Of a stretch of DNA of 64,000 nucleotides, positions 1-9,746 are shown piece by piece. A program made the translations under genes and the position numbers. Numbering within the stretch: position 1 is the stretch's first letter; each line of letters begins with the position of its first letter. Below the pieces are notes generated by a model, which saw nothing but the letters and a program-made list of their open reading frames with translations, did not search any database and was not told the DNA's origin. Source of the stretch: Gemmatimonadales bacterium. GTDB taxonomy: Bacteria > Gemmatimonadota > Gemmatimonadetes > Gemmatimonadales > GWC2-71-9. Where the stretch lies: contig OZ252244.1 in the NCBI GenBank assembly GCA_965249575.1, positions 1,472,001-1,536,000 of the forward strand, read 5' to 3'.

Positions 1-2
1 GG

Positions 3-422
3 GAGATAGCCGCCGCGTCGCGCGCTGGGTATCCGCTGGAAATCTGCGGCCTGCTGATCGGTACGCAAGACGCGGGTACGTTCCGAGTGACCCGATCGAT
101 CCCAAGCGCCAACGTCGCCGCGGCGGCAGAGCGCCACCGCCGCTTCCAGATCGAGCCCAGGAGGGTCGTGGCAGTCGAGCGGGGTCTCCGCGGCACCGGG
201 GAAGGAATCGTGGGCTTCTATCACTCCCATCCCGACGCTCCGGCCATGCCGTCACGCACGGACATGGAGTACGTGCGGCTGTGGCCGGACAGCGCCTGGC
301 TGATCGTGCCGGTGGAGGGAGGCGAGCCCCGTCAGTCTCGTGCCTGGCTGCTCGGCCCCGACGAAACGAGCGTCGTGGAGCTCGATGTGTCAGCACCAAC
401 TCCGGCGAGGCTGACCTCATGA
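3..422 (+). CDS. Mov34/MPN/JAB-domain (M67) metallopeptidase, Mec-like; 5' partial
   Basis: Frame open from base 3 (EIAAASRAGYPLEICGLLIG...); JAMM motif HSHPDAPAMPSRTD; sits upstream of cys genes. Confidence 0.9.
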   Translation, partial: EIAAASRAGYPLEICGLLIGTQDAGTFRVTRSIPSANVAAAAERHRRFQIEPRRVVAVERGLRGTGEGIVGFYHSHPDAPAMPSRTDMEYVRLWPDSAWLIVPVEGGEPRQSRAWLLGPDETSVVELDVSAPTPARLTS

Positions 423-511
423 CGTGCACGGTTTTGAGACGGTGCGGGAGCCAGTGCTGTTGTTGCTGTCGTGGTACCTGTTGCCCTGACCTCGGTGGAG
501 GGGGCGGCTAG
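419..511 (+). CDS. Cys-rich leader peptide MTCTVLRRCGSQCCCCCRGTCCPDLGGGGG (putative attenuator leader)
   Basis: ATG overlaps the upstream TGA (ATGA); GAGG about 8 nt upstream; 9 Cys codons in 30 including a run of 5; directly upstream of cysH. Confidence 0.75.
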   Translation: MTCTVLRRCGSQCCCCCRGTCCPDLGGGGG

Positions 512-567
512 CCGGCGCATTCTGGATTCGAGACGATCTGAATCGATCACCGCCGCGGCCGCTACCC
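500..567 (+). promoter_or_regulatory. Putative antiterminator helix of the Cys attenuator
   Basis: GGCGGCT 503-509 pairs with GGCCGCT 557-563, CGGCG 513-517 with CGCCG 551-555, and GGG 500-502 with CCC 565-567; this sequesters the terminator 5' arm. Confidence 0.6.
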
Positions 568-589
568 AAAGTAACGGCCGCTTGTTTTT
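555..589 (+). terminator. Intrinsic terminator (attenuator) upstream of cysH
   Basis: Stem GCGGCCGCTAC / GTAACGGCCGC (one mismatch), loop CCAAA, followed by TTGTTTTT. Confidence 0.75.
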
Positions 590-610
590 CGTGGGACGTG
601 AGGACGAGAG

Positions 611-1456
611 ATGCTACTGCAGACTCAAAATGATGCGCGGGGGACCCGAAATCAACGACCGGTGCCCGATGGGACGCGGGCATCGGGAGTGACCGGGCAC
701 TTGGCGGCGCGCTTCGATCATCTGTCCGCTGAGGACCTCTTGGCTTGGGCCGTCAAGTGTTTTCAACCACGCATCGCGTTGTGCACGGCGTTCGGGGTCG
801 AGGGCATGGTTGTGCTCGACCTACTCAGCAGGACCGGCACGACGCCGCGCATCGTTACCATCGATACCGGTAGGCTCCCGCAGGAAACGCACGACCTCAT
901 GGAGCGAGTACGGGACCGGTACGGAGTGTCCATTGAAGTTGTCACGCCCGCGGCCGAAGACCTCGAGCGCATGGTCTCCGCGCACGGCCCGAACCTCTTC
1001 TACCGAAGCCACGAACTGCGCCGGATGTGCTGCCGGGTGCGCAAGGTGAAGCCGTTACGTCGCGCACTGCGAGACCTCGACGCGTGGATCGCCGGACTCC
1101 GGCGCGACCACGGTCCGACTCGCACCGCCGTCGGAAAGGTCGTGTGGGATGCGGCCAACGGGGGGCTCCTCAAGATCAACCCGCTTGCCGACTGGGGCGA
1201 CGAGGATGTGTGGCGCTACGTGCGCGCCAATCGGGTTCCGTACAAGGCGCTGCACGATCGGGGATATCCCAGCATCGGTTGCGCCCCGTGTACCCGTGCA
1301 GTCACCCCCGGCGAAGACGGGAGGGCGGGCCGGTGGTGGTGGGAGAGCCCCGAGCACAGGGAATGTGGTCTGCACGTCATTGGCGGGCGGTTCGAGGCTG
1401 CACGCGACCTTGCAGCCGACCGGGTGGACCGGGCGGCTGCCGTGGGGGCGTCATGA
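611..1456 (+). CDS. cysH: Adenylyl-sulfate/phosphoadenylyl-sulfate reductase (thioredoxin-dependent, Fe-S APS-reductase type)
   Basis: IDTGRLPQET, CCRVRK, GYPSIGCAPCT, GRWWWE, ECGLH; the CC...CxxC pair indicates 4Fe-4S. Confidence 0.93.
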   Translation: MLLQTQNDARGTRNQRPVPDGTRASGVTGHLAARFDHLSAEDLLAWAVKCFQPRIALCTAFGVEGMVVLDLLSRTGTTPRIVTIDTGRLPQETHDLMERVRDRYGVSIEVVTPAAEDLERMVSAHGPNLFYRSHELRRMCCRVRKVKPLRRALRDLDAWIAGLRRDHGPTRTAVGKVVWDAANGGLLKINPLADWGDEDVWRYVRANRVPYKALHDRGYPSIGCAPCTRAVTPGEDGRAGRWWWESPEHRECGLHVIGGRFEAARDLAADRVDRAAAVGAS

Positions 1457-2985
1457 GTTTCTACCCGGTCAATCTGAGCCTGTGCGGACGCCGGTGCGTC
1501 GTCGTTGGGGGCGGCACGATCGCGGAGCAAAAGGTCAAGGGCTTGCTGCAGGTCGGGGCCAACGTCACGGTCATCAGTCCCACGGCGACCAACCCGATTC
1601 GTGAGCTCGCTGAGTTAGGCAAACTGACCCTCAAGCCCCGTCGGTACCGTCGGGGTGACCTCCGCGGCGCCTTCTTGGCGATCGGCACGACCGAGGATCA
1701 GGATCTCAACCGTCGGCTGTGGCGGGAGGCCGAGCGGCGCGGCGTGCTGCTCAATGCCGTCGACGACACGCCACACTGTCATTTCATCGCCCCGTCGATT
1801 CACCGCCAGGGCGACCTCGCCATCTCCATCTCCACGGCGGGCAAGAGCCCGGCCCTCGCCGTCCGGCTCCGTCAGCGGATCGCGAGAATGATCGGCCCCG
1901 AGTACGGTGAGTGGCTGGACCTGCTGGGGAGCTTGCGGGCGGAGATCGCTGCACGCGTCCCCGATCAAGCCGCCCGTACCTCGCTGTGGTTCCGTATCGC
2001 CGACTCCGAAGGCATCGAGGCGCTACGGCGTGGTGACGTTGCCGCGGCCCGCTCCCGGATCGCGTCGCTCGTGGACGCGGCACAAGCCGCACCCACTCGC
2101 TCCAGTCGCGGACCGATTGCGGGATCCGCCCCGACTCCTCATGGCGCGCTGAACGACGCTCCGTCCCCGGGGATCGTCTACCTGGTAGGGGCGGGTCCCG
2201 GAGATCCGGGGCTCATCACGGTGCGGGGGCAGGAGATCGTGCGCACCTGCGACGCGGTGGTGTACGACCGTCTCGTAAACCCCGCCATACTCGAGCAAGC
2301 CCGCCCCGAGGCCGAACGCATTTTCGTCGGGAAGCAGCCGTCCAGCCCTCCAATGAGTCAACAGCTCATCAACGAAATATTGGTCGAGCGTGCGCGGCGG
2401 GGGTTGGTGGTAGCCCGACTCAAGGGTGGAGATCCGTTCGTATTTGGACGGGGAGGCGAGGAGTGCGAATCGTTGGCAAGGGCCGGCGTGCCATTCGAGG
2501 TCGTATCCGGAGTCACTTCGGTCACCGCGGTGCCGGCGTCCGCCGGCATTCCGGTCACGCACAGACGGTACAACTCCGCCTTTGCCGTCCTGACAGGCCA
2601 TGAGTGCGAAGGCAGCTCCGATCTGGACTGGGATGCGCTCGCCAGGATCCCGACCTTGGTGATTCTCATGGGCCTGCGGCAGTTGCCAGGCATCGTGCGT
2701 CACTTGTTGGCGCACGATGTTCCCCCGACGACTCCAGCAGCCGTCGTGGCCAACGGCACGCTGCCGGACGGACAAACCGTCGTTGGCGAGGTTGCGACGA
2801 TCGCTCAGCTGGCTCGGGCGGCGCATGTGGAACCGCCTGCAACGATCATCGTGGGCCAAGTGGTTGAGATGCGGGACACCCTGTTGCCCCCGCTTTTGGA
2901 AGAAGTCTCGCATTCGAGGCGAACGGAGCCGCCGCCGGGCACCGACTACCCCGTCCCTGAGGCCCTGCTGGCCGGAGGACTGTGA
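1453..2985 (+). CDS. cysG: Siroheme synthase (dehydrogenase/ferrochelatase fused to uroporphyrinogen-III methyltransferase)
   Basis: VVGGGTIA, ISTAGKSPALA, VYLVGAGPGDPGLIT, RLKGGDPFVFGRGGEE; ATG at 1453 overlaps the cysH stop. Confidence 0.92.
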   Translation: MSFYPVNLSLCGRRCVVVGGGTIAEQKVKGLLQVGANVTVISPTATNPIRELAELGKLTLKPRRYRRGDLRGAFLAIGTTEDQDLNRRLWREAERRGVLLNAVDDTPHCHFIAPSIHRQGDLAISISTAGKSPALAVRLRQRIARMIGPEYGEWLDLLGSLRAEIAARVPDQAARTSLWFRIADSEGIEALRRGDVAAARSRIASLVDAAQAAPTRSSRGPIAGSAPTPHGALNDAPSPGIVYLVGAGPGDPGLITVRGQEIVRTCDAVVYDRLVNPAILEQARPEAERIFVGKQPSSPPMSQQLINEILVERARRGLVVARLKGGDPFVFGRGGEECESLARAGVPFEVVSGVTSVTAVPASAGIPVTHRRYNSAFAVLTGHECEGSSDLDWDALARIPTLVILMGLRQLPGIVRHLLAHDVPPTTPAAVVANGTLPDGQTVVGEVATIAQLARAAHVEPPATIIVGQVVEMRDTLLPPLLEEVSHSRRTEPPPGTDYPVPEALLAGGL

Positions 2986-4775
2986 TGACTACCGAACTGA
3001 CGCCAAACGTAACCGGCATTGTCCCCTACCTGCCGGACGAGGTCGACGAGTTCACCGATACGCTGGATGGGTTCCGACGGGGAGAACAAACCGAAGGCGA
3101 GTTCCAGTTCTACCGGCTGCGGCGGGGGGTCTACGGACAGCGCCAGGCGGACGAGCAGATGGTTCGCATCAAAATCCCCCTTGGCTACCTGACGGCTGAA
3201 CAACTTGAGGTACTCGGGCGAGTCATCGCGCGGTACGCTCCTCTCCGCAAGGGACACTTCACCACCCGTGAGAATCTTCAGCTGCATCACGTCCCGCTGG
3301 ACGAGACGCCGGAACTGCTGCGTCTGCTGGGCACGGTTGATCTGACGACGCGTGAAGCCTGCGGCAACACGGTGCGCAATGTGACCGGTTGCCCACTCGC
3401 GGGCGTGTGCCCCGACGAGGTGTTCGACGCGACCCCGTACGGAGCCGCCTATGCCCGGTATTTCGTGCGGCGGGACTTCGTGCAGAACATGCCCAGGAAG
3501 GTCAAAACGGCGTTTGTGGGGTGCCGCGAAGATCATGCGGTCTTGCGTATGCACGACATCGGTTTCGCCGGCGTGGTCCGCGAGGAGCACGGGCGGACCA
3601 TTCGCGGGTTTCGCATGGTGGTGGGTGGTGGAACATCTATCGAGCCGATCATTGCGCCGGTGCTCTACGACTTCGTCACGGCAGATGACGGGGCATATCT
3701 GAGGGTAGCCGAAGCAGCCCTCCGCATCTACAATCGCTCGGACGAACTGCGGAAGAACCGCATGCGGGCCCGAATCAAGGTGCTGATCAAGCGCATCGGT
3801 ATCGACGAGTTCCGTGAAAGGGTCGAGCAAGAGTTGGAAGAACCGTGGGCCCAGGAACCCATCGACATGGATCCCCTACTGTCGATTCTTCCAAGTACGA
3901 TGAGCATTCCCGAATCATCCGACTACGTGCCGCCCCCCAAGGGCAATGGGTCGACCAAGTTTCTCGAGTGGGTACGCACCAACGTGGTCTCGCAGAAGCA
4001 ACCCGGCTTCTACGGTGCCACCGTCACGCTCCCGGCCGGGGACATCAACCCCGAGCAGTGCTCCGCACTGGCCGCTGCCGCGCGCGAACATGGCGCGGGG
4101 GAGGTGCGCGTCGCGCACGATCAGAACCTGGTGATTCGGTGGGTCCCGGGAGCTTCCTTGCATGGGTTGTGGGAATCGCTTCTGGACGCGGGATTGGGAG
4201 AATCGGGCGCGCGAACGGTGACCGACGTCGTCTCGTGCCCCGGGACGGATTCCTGCAAGCTGGGCATCACGGCATCCATGGGTCTCAATCGGGCCGTGCG
4301 CCAGGTGCTGCTCGAAAACCCCGAATACGGCCGCGACCGGCTAGTCTCCGCCATGCACATCAAGATCAGTGGCTGCCCGAACGGCTGCGGGCAACATCAC
4401 ATCGCAGACCTCGGGTTCCACGGCGCGGCGGTCAAGGGCGACCAGAAAATGCATCTACCGGCATACGAAGTCTTCGCCGGAGGCATGTACGAGGATAGCC
4501 AGGTTCGTTACGGCATGCGTCTGAAGGGACGCGTACCGGCCAAGAACGTGCCCGCGGCGGTGGGCGGCGTGCTCGATTTCTATCGGGAGGAGCGTGAGCC
4601 GGACGAGGTGTTTCCGGCGTTCGTGGATCGTGTCGGGAAGAAAGGCCTCGAGCGGGTGATCGCGGAATTCACCGAGGTTCCAAGCTTCGACCCCGAGCAC
4701 CTCGGTGCCTACCAAGATTGGGAGCGCACCGGCATCTATAAGGTCGAGCGCGGCGAGGGCGAGTGCGCTAGCTGA
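2982..4775 (+). CDS. Sulfite/nitrite reductase hemoprotein (siroheme, 4Fe-4S); sulfite reductase by context
   Basis: TTRENLQ, ACGNTVRN, CPGTDSCKLG and ISGCPNGCGQH siroheme/Fe-S motifs. Confidence 0.9.
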   Translation: MMTTELTPNVTGIVPYLPDEVDEFTDTLDGFRRGEQTEGEFQFYRLRRGVYGQRQADEQMVRIKIPLGYLTAEQLEVLGRVIARYAPLRKGHFTTRENLQLHHVPLDETPELLRLLGTVDLTTREACGNTVRNVTGCPLAGVCPDEVFDATPYGAAYARYFVRRDFVQNMPRKVKTAFVGCREDHAVLRMHDIGFAGVVREEHGRTIRGFRMVVGGGTSIEPIIAPVLYDFVTADDGAYLRVAEAALRIYNRSDELRKNRMRARIKVLIKRIGIDEFRERVEQELEEPWAQEPIDMDPLLSILPSTMSIPESSDYVPPPKGNGSTKFLEWVRTNVVSQKQPGFYGATVTLPAGDINPEQCSALAAAAREHGAGEVRVAHDQNLVIRWVPGASLHGLWESLLDAGLGESGARTVTDVVSCPGTDSCKLGITASMGLNRAVRQVLLENPEYGRDRLVSAMHIKISGCPNGCGQHHIADLGFHGAAVKGDQKMHLPAYEVFAGGMYEDSQVRYGMRLKGRVPAKNVPAAVGGVLDFYREEREPDEVFPAFVDRVGKKGLERVIAEFTEVPSFDPEHLGAYQDWERTGIYKVERGEGECAS

Positions 4776-4801
4776 GGGACACCAAGCCGCCCCGCGGAGG
4801 C

Positions 4802-5740
4802 TTAACCATCCGCGTGGAGCTGCCCGAGCACCTCTACGAGAACTTGTTCGGCCCTGTCGTTGGCAACCTGGCAGGTGCCGGCCGCCTCGTGCCCTCCCCC
4901 ACCGTATCGGAGCATCAGGTCTCCGATGTTCGTCGCCGAGCTCCGGTCGAAAATGGACCGGCCGACCGCGAGGACGGTGTTCAGCTGCTTGAGACCCCAC
5001 AGCACGTGGACCGACACGTTGCACTGCGGATAGAGCGCGTATACAACAAACCGGTTCCCAGAATAAATGACCTTCTCGTTTCGTAGGTCCAGCACCACCG
5101 CATTTCTCAGTACCGTGGCGCACCGCCGGACCTGAGCCTCGAACGCCTCTCTATGGGAAGAATAGAGATCGACCCGTTCTTTAATATCTGGGATTTGGAG
5201 GATCTCGTCGATCGACTTGGCCCGACACGCATCGATCAGCGCCATCATGAGATCGTAGTTGGGAAGACGGAAGTTCTTGAACCTCCCGAGGCCCGTGCGA
5301 GCATCCATGATGAAGTTGAGCAGCACCCATCCTCCGGGGTCGATCACCTCCCGGTGGGTGAACTGGGCAGCATCCGCCTTGTCGACCGCCTTCAGCAGAT
5401 CCTCGGATACGCGGGGGAAACTCTTCGCACCCCCGAAATGATTGTAGACGACCCGGGAAGCCGAGGGGGCCTTCGGATCGATGATGTGGTTCTTCTTGCC
5501 GGCCTCGACCCGTGTTGTCTCGCTCACGTGATGGTCGAAGGCCAGGTGCACACCCTCCACGAACGGGAGGTTGGTGGTGATGTCTCTGTCCGAGACCTGA
5601 ACCTTCCCGTCCTGCATGTCTTTGGGGTGAACGAAGGTTATATCGTCGATCATCCCGAGCTCCTTCAGCAGGACGGCACAGACCAGTCCGTCGAAGTCGC
5701 TCCTGGTGACGAGGCGGTATGTCGTTTCCTGGGCAGCCAT
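4802..5740 (-). CDS. DHH-family phosphoesterase (exopolyphosphatase/nanoRNase-like)
   Basis: YRLVTRSDFDGL, FDHH, GGGGHEAAG. Confidence 0.85.
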   Translation of the reverse strand: MAAQETTYRLVTRSDFDGLVCAVLLKELGMIDDITFVHPKDMQDGKVQVSDRDITTNLPFVEGVHLAFDHHVSETTRVEAGKKNHIIDPKAPSASRVVYNHFGGAKSFPRVSEDLLKAVDKADAAQFTHREVIDPGGWVLLNFIMDARTGLGRFKNFRLPNYDLMMALIDACRAKSIDEILQIPDIKERVDLYSSHREAFEAQVRRCATVLRNAVVLDLRNEKVIYSGNRFVVYALYPQCNVSVHVLWGLKQLNTVLAVGRSIFDRSSATNIGDLMLRYGGGGHEAAGTCQVANDRAEQVLVEVLGQLHADG

Positions 5741-5893
5741 TCCGAACCCTTGGTTTGGTGAACGGATGGGCGGAATATCCGTATCCCGCCCCGCAAGGTA
5801 CTGCCAAACTTAATAGGAACTTCGGGTGGTGGGCGTTGCCGATCGAGCGAGGGGCCGCGTCGCTGGTCACCCCCCGTACCGACCCCCAATCCC

Positions 5894-7282
5894 CTAGCTC
5901 ACAGGGGCCGGTGCACCCTCCGGCCCGTTATCCCAGTCCTGTGCGCTCGAGATGTTCGGCATACCCCACTGGCGCCCATTCCAGCCGTCGAATCCGTCGA
6001 GCTTGAAGGCCCAGAACCCAGTGACCTTGTCACTCGCGACGATCAGACCGTCGGCGTTTCGAATGTCCAGCCCCCAATTACCGTTGGCGATGCTACCGCT
6101 ACCGGCCGCGCGCGGAGCCGTCCGGTACGTCACGCCCGCCGCGTGGGGACCGCCATAGGTATAGTAGTACCCCACGGTGTAGGGATTCGTGGGGTCCATG
6201 ATGTTAAAGATCTGAAGCCCGTCCTCGTAGCCCGACACGAACACGTACGGCCACCGCACCTCGTGGTTGTGGACCAGCGCTCTCCAATCGGCATTCCAGG
6301 CGCCGATCGGGCGGGAGATCGTCGGTGACGAGCCCTCGAGTCCGGGCTTGAGATCGAAGATACGCAGCGGGGCGTACTGGTATTCCGACTCGGTGACGGC
6401 GTAACGTCCGTCGGGTGTGGGGGTGAACGTGTGGCTGCTTCCGGCACCCGAATGACCGGTGATCGCGGTAATCAACGTCGGCTCCTCGATGCGCGTGACA
6501 TCGAAGATGTAGTAACCGGATTCCCAGGCAGCGCCGTAAAACTTGTCCTGGCGCGTCGCGGGGTCGTACCCAACGTAGAAATCATGGTAGGAGCCACGCC
6601 CCGAGGGCGCATCCAACACCGGCACCTTGCTCACCAAGCCCTGCATATCGTCCTTCTGAAGGAACTTGCCCATGTCGTAGACCTTCGCTTCCGGCCCCGA
6701 CGTGGCAAAGAGCAAGACCCGGCCGCTCGAATGTTTGTACGCGAAGATGTTATGAAAGCCGTTCGGAACCTCCGGAACCCGAATACGCCCCACCTCTCGT
6801 ATCGTCGCGGTATCCGGGAGACCCGTGACATCCACAACCACGGCTCCGAGATCCGCATCCGGGCCGCTCTGTCCGAACTGGAACGCCTGCACGTAGTAAT
6901 AGCGGCCCTGCAGCTTGAAGTATTTCCCGTCCATGCCCCCCCGACCCTAGTGGAGGTCGGTGTCCTCGATACTCCAATTGTAGATGACCTCAGCCCGCTC
7001 CGGATCCTTGAGGCTCACCACGGTAAAGCCGTTCATGTCGAACCGTCGTCCGACATAGGCGTAGGGTCGCGCAAGTTCCTGCTCGACCTCGAGATCCGTC
7101 ACGTTTCCCCAACCCGCCAGCGGCAGATGGGCCACCACCTTCACGTTTGGGCTGTGGCCCGTCTTTTGTCCGAGGTGCTGAAGCTGTTGCGTTACGCCGG
7201 AGGCTGCAGTCGGCACCAGGACGGCGACCGCAACGGCTAACGACCACACGAGTCGACTGCCTGATCTCACGCTTTCCCCCAA
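5894..7282 (-). pseudogene. Secreted LVIVD-repeat beta-propeller protein interrupted by an in-frame TAG at 6947-6949 (possibly a sequence error)
   Basis: ORFs 6947-7282 and 5894-6934 share a frame (DLH*GRGGMDGKYFK); signal peptide; repeated VVDVT/IFDVT/HNHEV motifs. Confidence 0.7.
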
Positions 7283-7426
7283 TGTTCGGTTGCAATCCGT
7301 AAGAACGAGCTATGCGAGACGTCGTGCTCCATCAGCGCGCGATACCCAATGTCTCCGTCGGGCGTACCCAGAGCAAGTTACTCGAAACCGAAGCCGCAAC
7401 CACCATCTGCTCCAAGCGCGCACGCC

Positions 7427-8605
7427 TCACGGATGGCACCCCGACGGCGGGACCCTGCCGCCGTCGCTCGCCGCGCCGAACTCCGCAGCCCAATACCGGC
7501 TGTATTTGGTACCCACTCCCACGGAGTATGCCAGGCCGACCTGCTGGAAATCCGCTCCCAAGATATTGGCCCGATGACCGGGGCTCTCCATCCAGGATCG
7601 CACCACGTGTTCGGCGGAGTCCTGACCCCCAGCAACGTTCTCGGCGGCGCTGCGCCAGGGGAAGCCCGCGCGGGCGAGGCGGCTTCGCATCGTCGCCCCC
7701 CCGGATCCCCGGTGACCCAAGAACCCGGCGCCCGCCATGTCAGCGGCGTGCCATCGGGCTGCGGCTGCCAGCCGAGTATCGATCCCCAGAGGGCGGAGAC
7801 CCCTCGCCCGCCGTTCCTCGTTGATGCGATCCGCCGCGAGCTGCGTGAGGCTCGCGGGACACCCTGCCGCCGTCGTCCCGAGGCTGACCCTGACACGCGC
7901 GGTGCCCACACCCCCTCCATACTGGGCGACCACATCCACGACCCCGGAATCGAGGGCGGTCACTAGGCCGTCCCTATCTACTTTGACGACGCTGCGTGGG
8001 AGCACGGCCCAGTCGACGAACCGGGCGGCCCCGCCCACGGTATCACCTCTGGCCGTGAACACCGATGTCAGGAGCTGAATTTGCCCGCCAATCGTCAGCT
8101 CGCTGAGCGCCGGCGCCACGCGAACGACCCAATCTTCACGATCGGCCGATCGGTCGCGGCTCTCGTCCGAGGGAACTAGCGATATGGCAAGCCGCACCCT
8201 GGCTCCGGGCGCGAAGTCCATGGTCTGGGCCGCGGCGTGCGTCTCGGTGCCCATAGCGTCATAGCCGCGTACCGTCACGGTGCTCCCGCGGGATGCCGGG
8301 ACCTCGATTGCTCCGGAGGCGATGCCGCCCGAGACACGAAGCGCCGACGTGATGCCCCAGGGGATCTCGGGCCCTTCGACCTCGACGCGCACGCGGCGTA
8401 TCGCCGTTCCCGCGAGGGCCACGCGCACGTGAAGCCAGACGTCCGCAGCCGAGACCTCGATCTGCTGAGTCAAGACGGCAGTGTGCAAGAGTAAGACTGG
8501 GAGCAGCAGCACGGGTAATCCTTTTGCGGCGTGGCGTCGCCCCTGCCCTCGACAAGATAACCGGGGCTGAGCGGTTACCTTGCGATCGTCGGCACCGGCG
8601 GGCAA
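7427..8605 (-). CDS. CAP/SCP-domain protein with Ig-like (Big_2) domain; start uncertain
   Basis: INEERRARGL, HAADMA, AENVAGG, WMESPGHRANIL; VDRDGLVTALDSG Ig-like segment. Confidence 0.75.
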   Translation of the reverse strand: MPAGADDRKVTAQPRLSCRGQGRRHAAKGLPVLLLPVLLLHTAVLTQQIEVSAADVWLHVRVALAGTAIRRVRVEVEGPEIPWGITSALRVSGGIASGAIEVPASRGSTVTVRGYDAMGTETHAAAQTMDFAPGARVRLAISLVPSDESRDRSADREDWVVRVAPALSELTIGGQIQLLTSVFTARGDTVGGAARFVDWAVLPRSVVKVDRDGLVTALDSGVVDVVAQYGGGVGTARVRVSLGTTAAGCPASLTQLAADRINEERRARGLRPLGIDTRLAAAARWHAADMAGAGFLGHRGSGGATMRSRLARAGFPWRSAAENVAGGQDSAEHVVRSWMESPGHRANILGADFQQVGLAYSVGVGTKYSRYWAAEFGAASDGGRVPPSGCHP

Positions 8606-8673
8606 CTGTTACCCATCCCGAGGTCGACCGGGATCGCCGGGCGGGCGGACAGCATCAGCAGACAGGGGGTCGG

Positions 8674-9714
8674 ATGAGTCACCGGAAGGAGCCTGCAGCC
8701 GGAGCGGCGGGGATCCTAGACAGGGACGCCATACCCGTTCGGTATTCCGACGTCGAGGACGCGGCCGCACTCATCGCCGGGCACGCGAACGCGACGCCGG
8801 TCATGACGTCCCGGACGGTCGACGATCAAACCGGGGCCTCGGTGTTCTTCAAGTGTGAGAATTTTCAGCGGATGGGGGCCTTCAAGTTCCGTGGAGCGTT
8901 CAATGCCCTCTCCCGTCTCTCGGCCGATCAGAAGCGAGGCGGCGTCCTCACGTTCTCGTCGGGGAATTACGCGCAAGCGGTGGCCCTGGCCGGGAAGCTG
9001 CTGGGCATCTCGACGACGATCGTGATGCCAAACGACGCACCGGCCGTCAAGCTCAACGCGACCCGAGGGTACGGCGGAGAGGTGCTGCTGTACGATCGAA
9101 GCGAGTTTAGTCGCGAGGAGCTTGGTTTCGAGATTGCCCATGAGCGCGGCCTCACCATCGTACCCCCGTACGATCACCCACACATCATCGCGGGTGCGGG
9201 AACGACCGGTAAGGAGCTCTTCGACACGGTTGGCGCGCTGGACCTGCTCCTCGTTCCGTGTGGAGGAGGTGGCCTCCTGTCGGGGTGTGCCCTCTCCGCC
9301 GACGCCCTGTCCGACGAATGCCGTGTAGTGGGTGTCGAGCCCGAGAAGGGCGACGACGCGACGCGTTCGTTCCATTCTCGCTCCCTGAAGACCGTGCATA
9401 ACCCCGACACCATCGCCGATGGGGCCCGCACCCCCTCGCTGGGAGCGATCACCTTCCCCGTGATCCTCAATTACGTGGATGACATGGTGACCGTATCCGA
9501 CGACTCGCTCCTTCGTACGATGTTCTTCCTCTGGGAGCGCATGAAGGTCGTCATCGAGCCGACCGGCGCCCTGGCCGCCGCCGCGCTTCTGGAAGGCGTA
9601 GCGACGGCCTCGGGAGGGCGCGTTGGGGTGGTCATCAGTGGCGGGAACGTCGAACTCCGGCAAGCCGCTCGATGGTTTGCCGCCCTCGACCGCGCGACAC
9701 CGGAATCATCGTAG
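8674..9714 (+). CDS. PLP-dependent serine/threonine dehydratase family (threo-3-hydroxyaspartate ammonia-lyase-like)
   Basis: [33 protein letters not shown]. Confidence 0.88.
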   Translation: MSHRKEPAAGAAGILDRDAIPVRYSDVEDAAALIAGHANATPVMTSRTVDDQTGASVFFKCENFQRMGAFKFRGAFNALSRLSADQKRGGVLTFSSGNYAQAVALAGKLLGISTTIVMPNDAPAVKLNATRGYGGEVLLYDRSEFSREELGFEIAHERGLTIVPPYDHPHIIAGAGTTGKELFDTVGALDLLLVPCGGGGLLSGCALSADALSDECRVVGVEPEKGDDATRSFHSRSLKTVHNPDTIADGARTPSLGAITFPVILNYVDDMVTVSDDSLLRTMFFLWERMKVVIEPTGALAAAALLEGVATASGGRVGVVISGGNVELRQAARWFAALDRATPESS

Positions 9715-9746
9715 CTCGGAACCGCCCGGGTGGTGATATTGGTACC

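Noticed and set aside
419..511. Metallothionein or RiPP precursor as the main role of the Cys-rich peptide
   Set aside because: No maturase, transporter or metal regulator is nearby; the position and terminator/antiterminator geometry favour attenuation.
1027..1452. N-terminal extension of the 652-aa ORF
   Set aside because: Off-frame overlap with cysH; CysG similarity begins at ATG 1453.
5793..5806. Sigma54-like TGGCAGTACCTTGC upstream of the DHH gene (minus strand)
   Set aside because: GG-to-GC spacing is 9 rather than the required 10.
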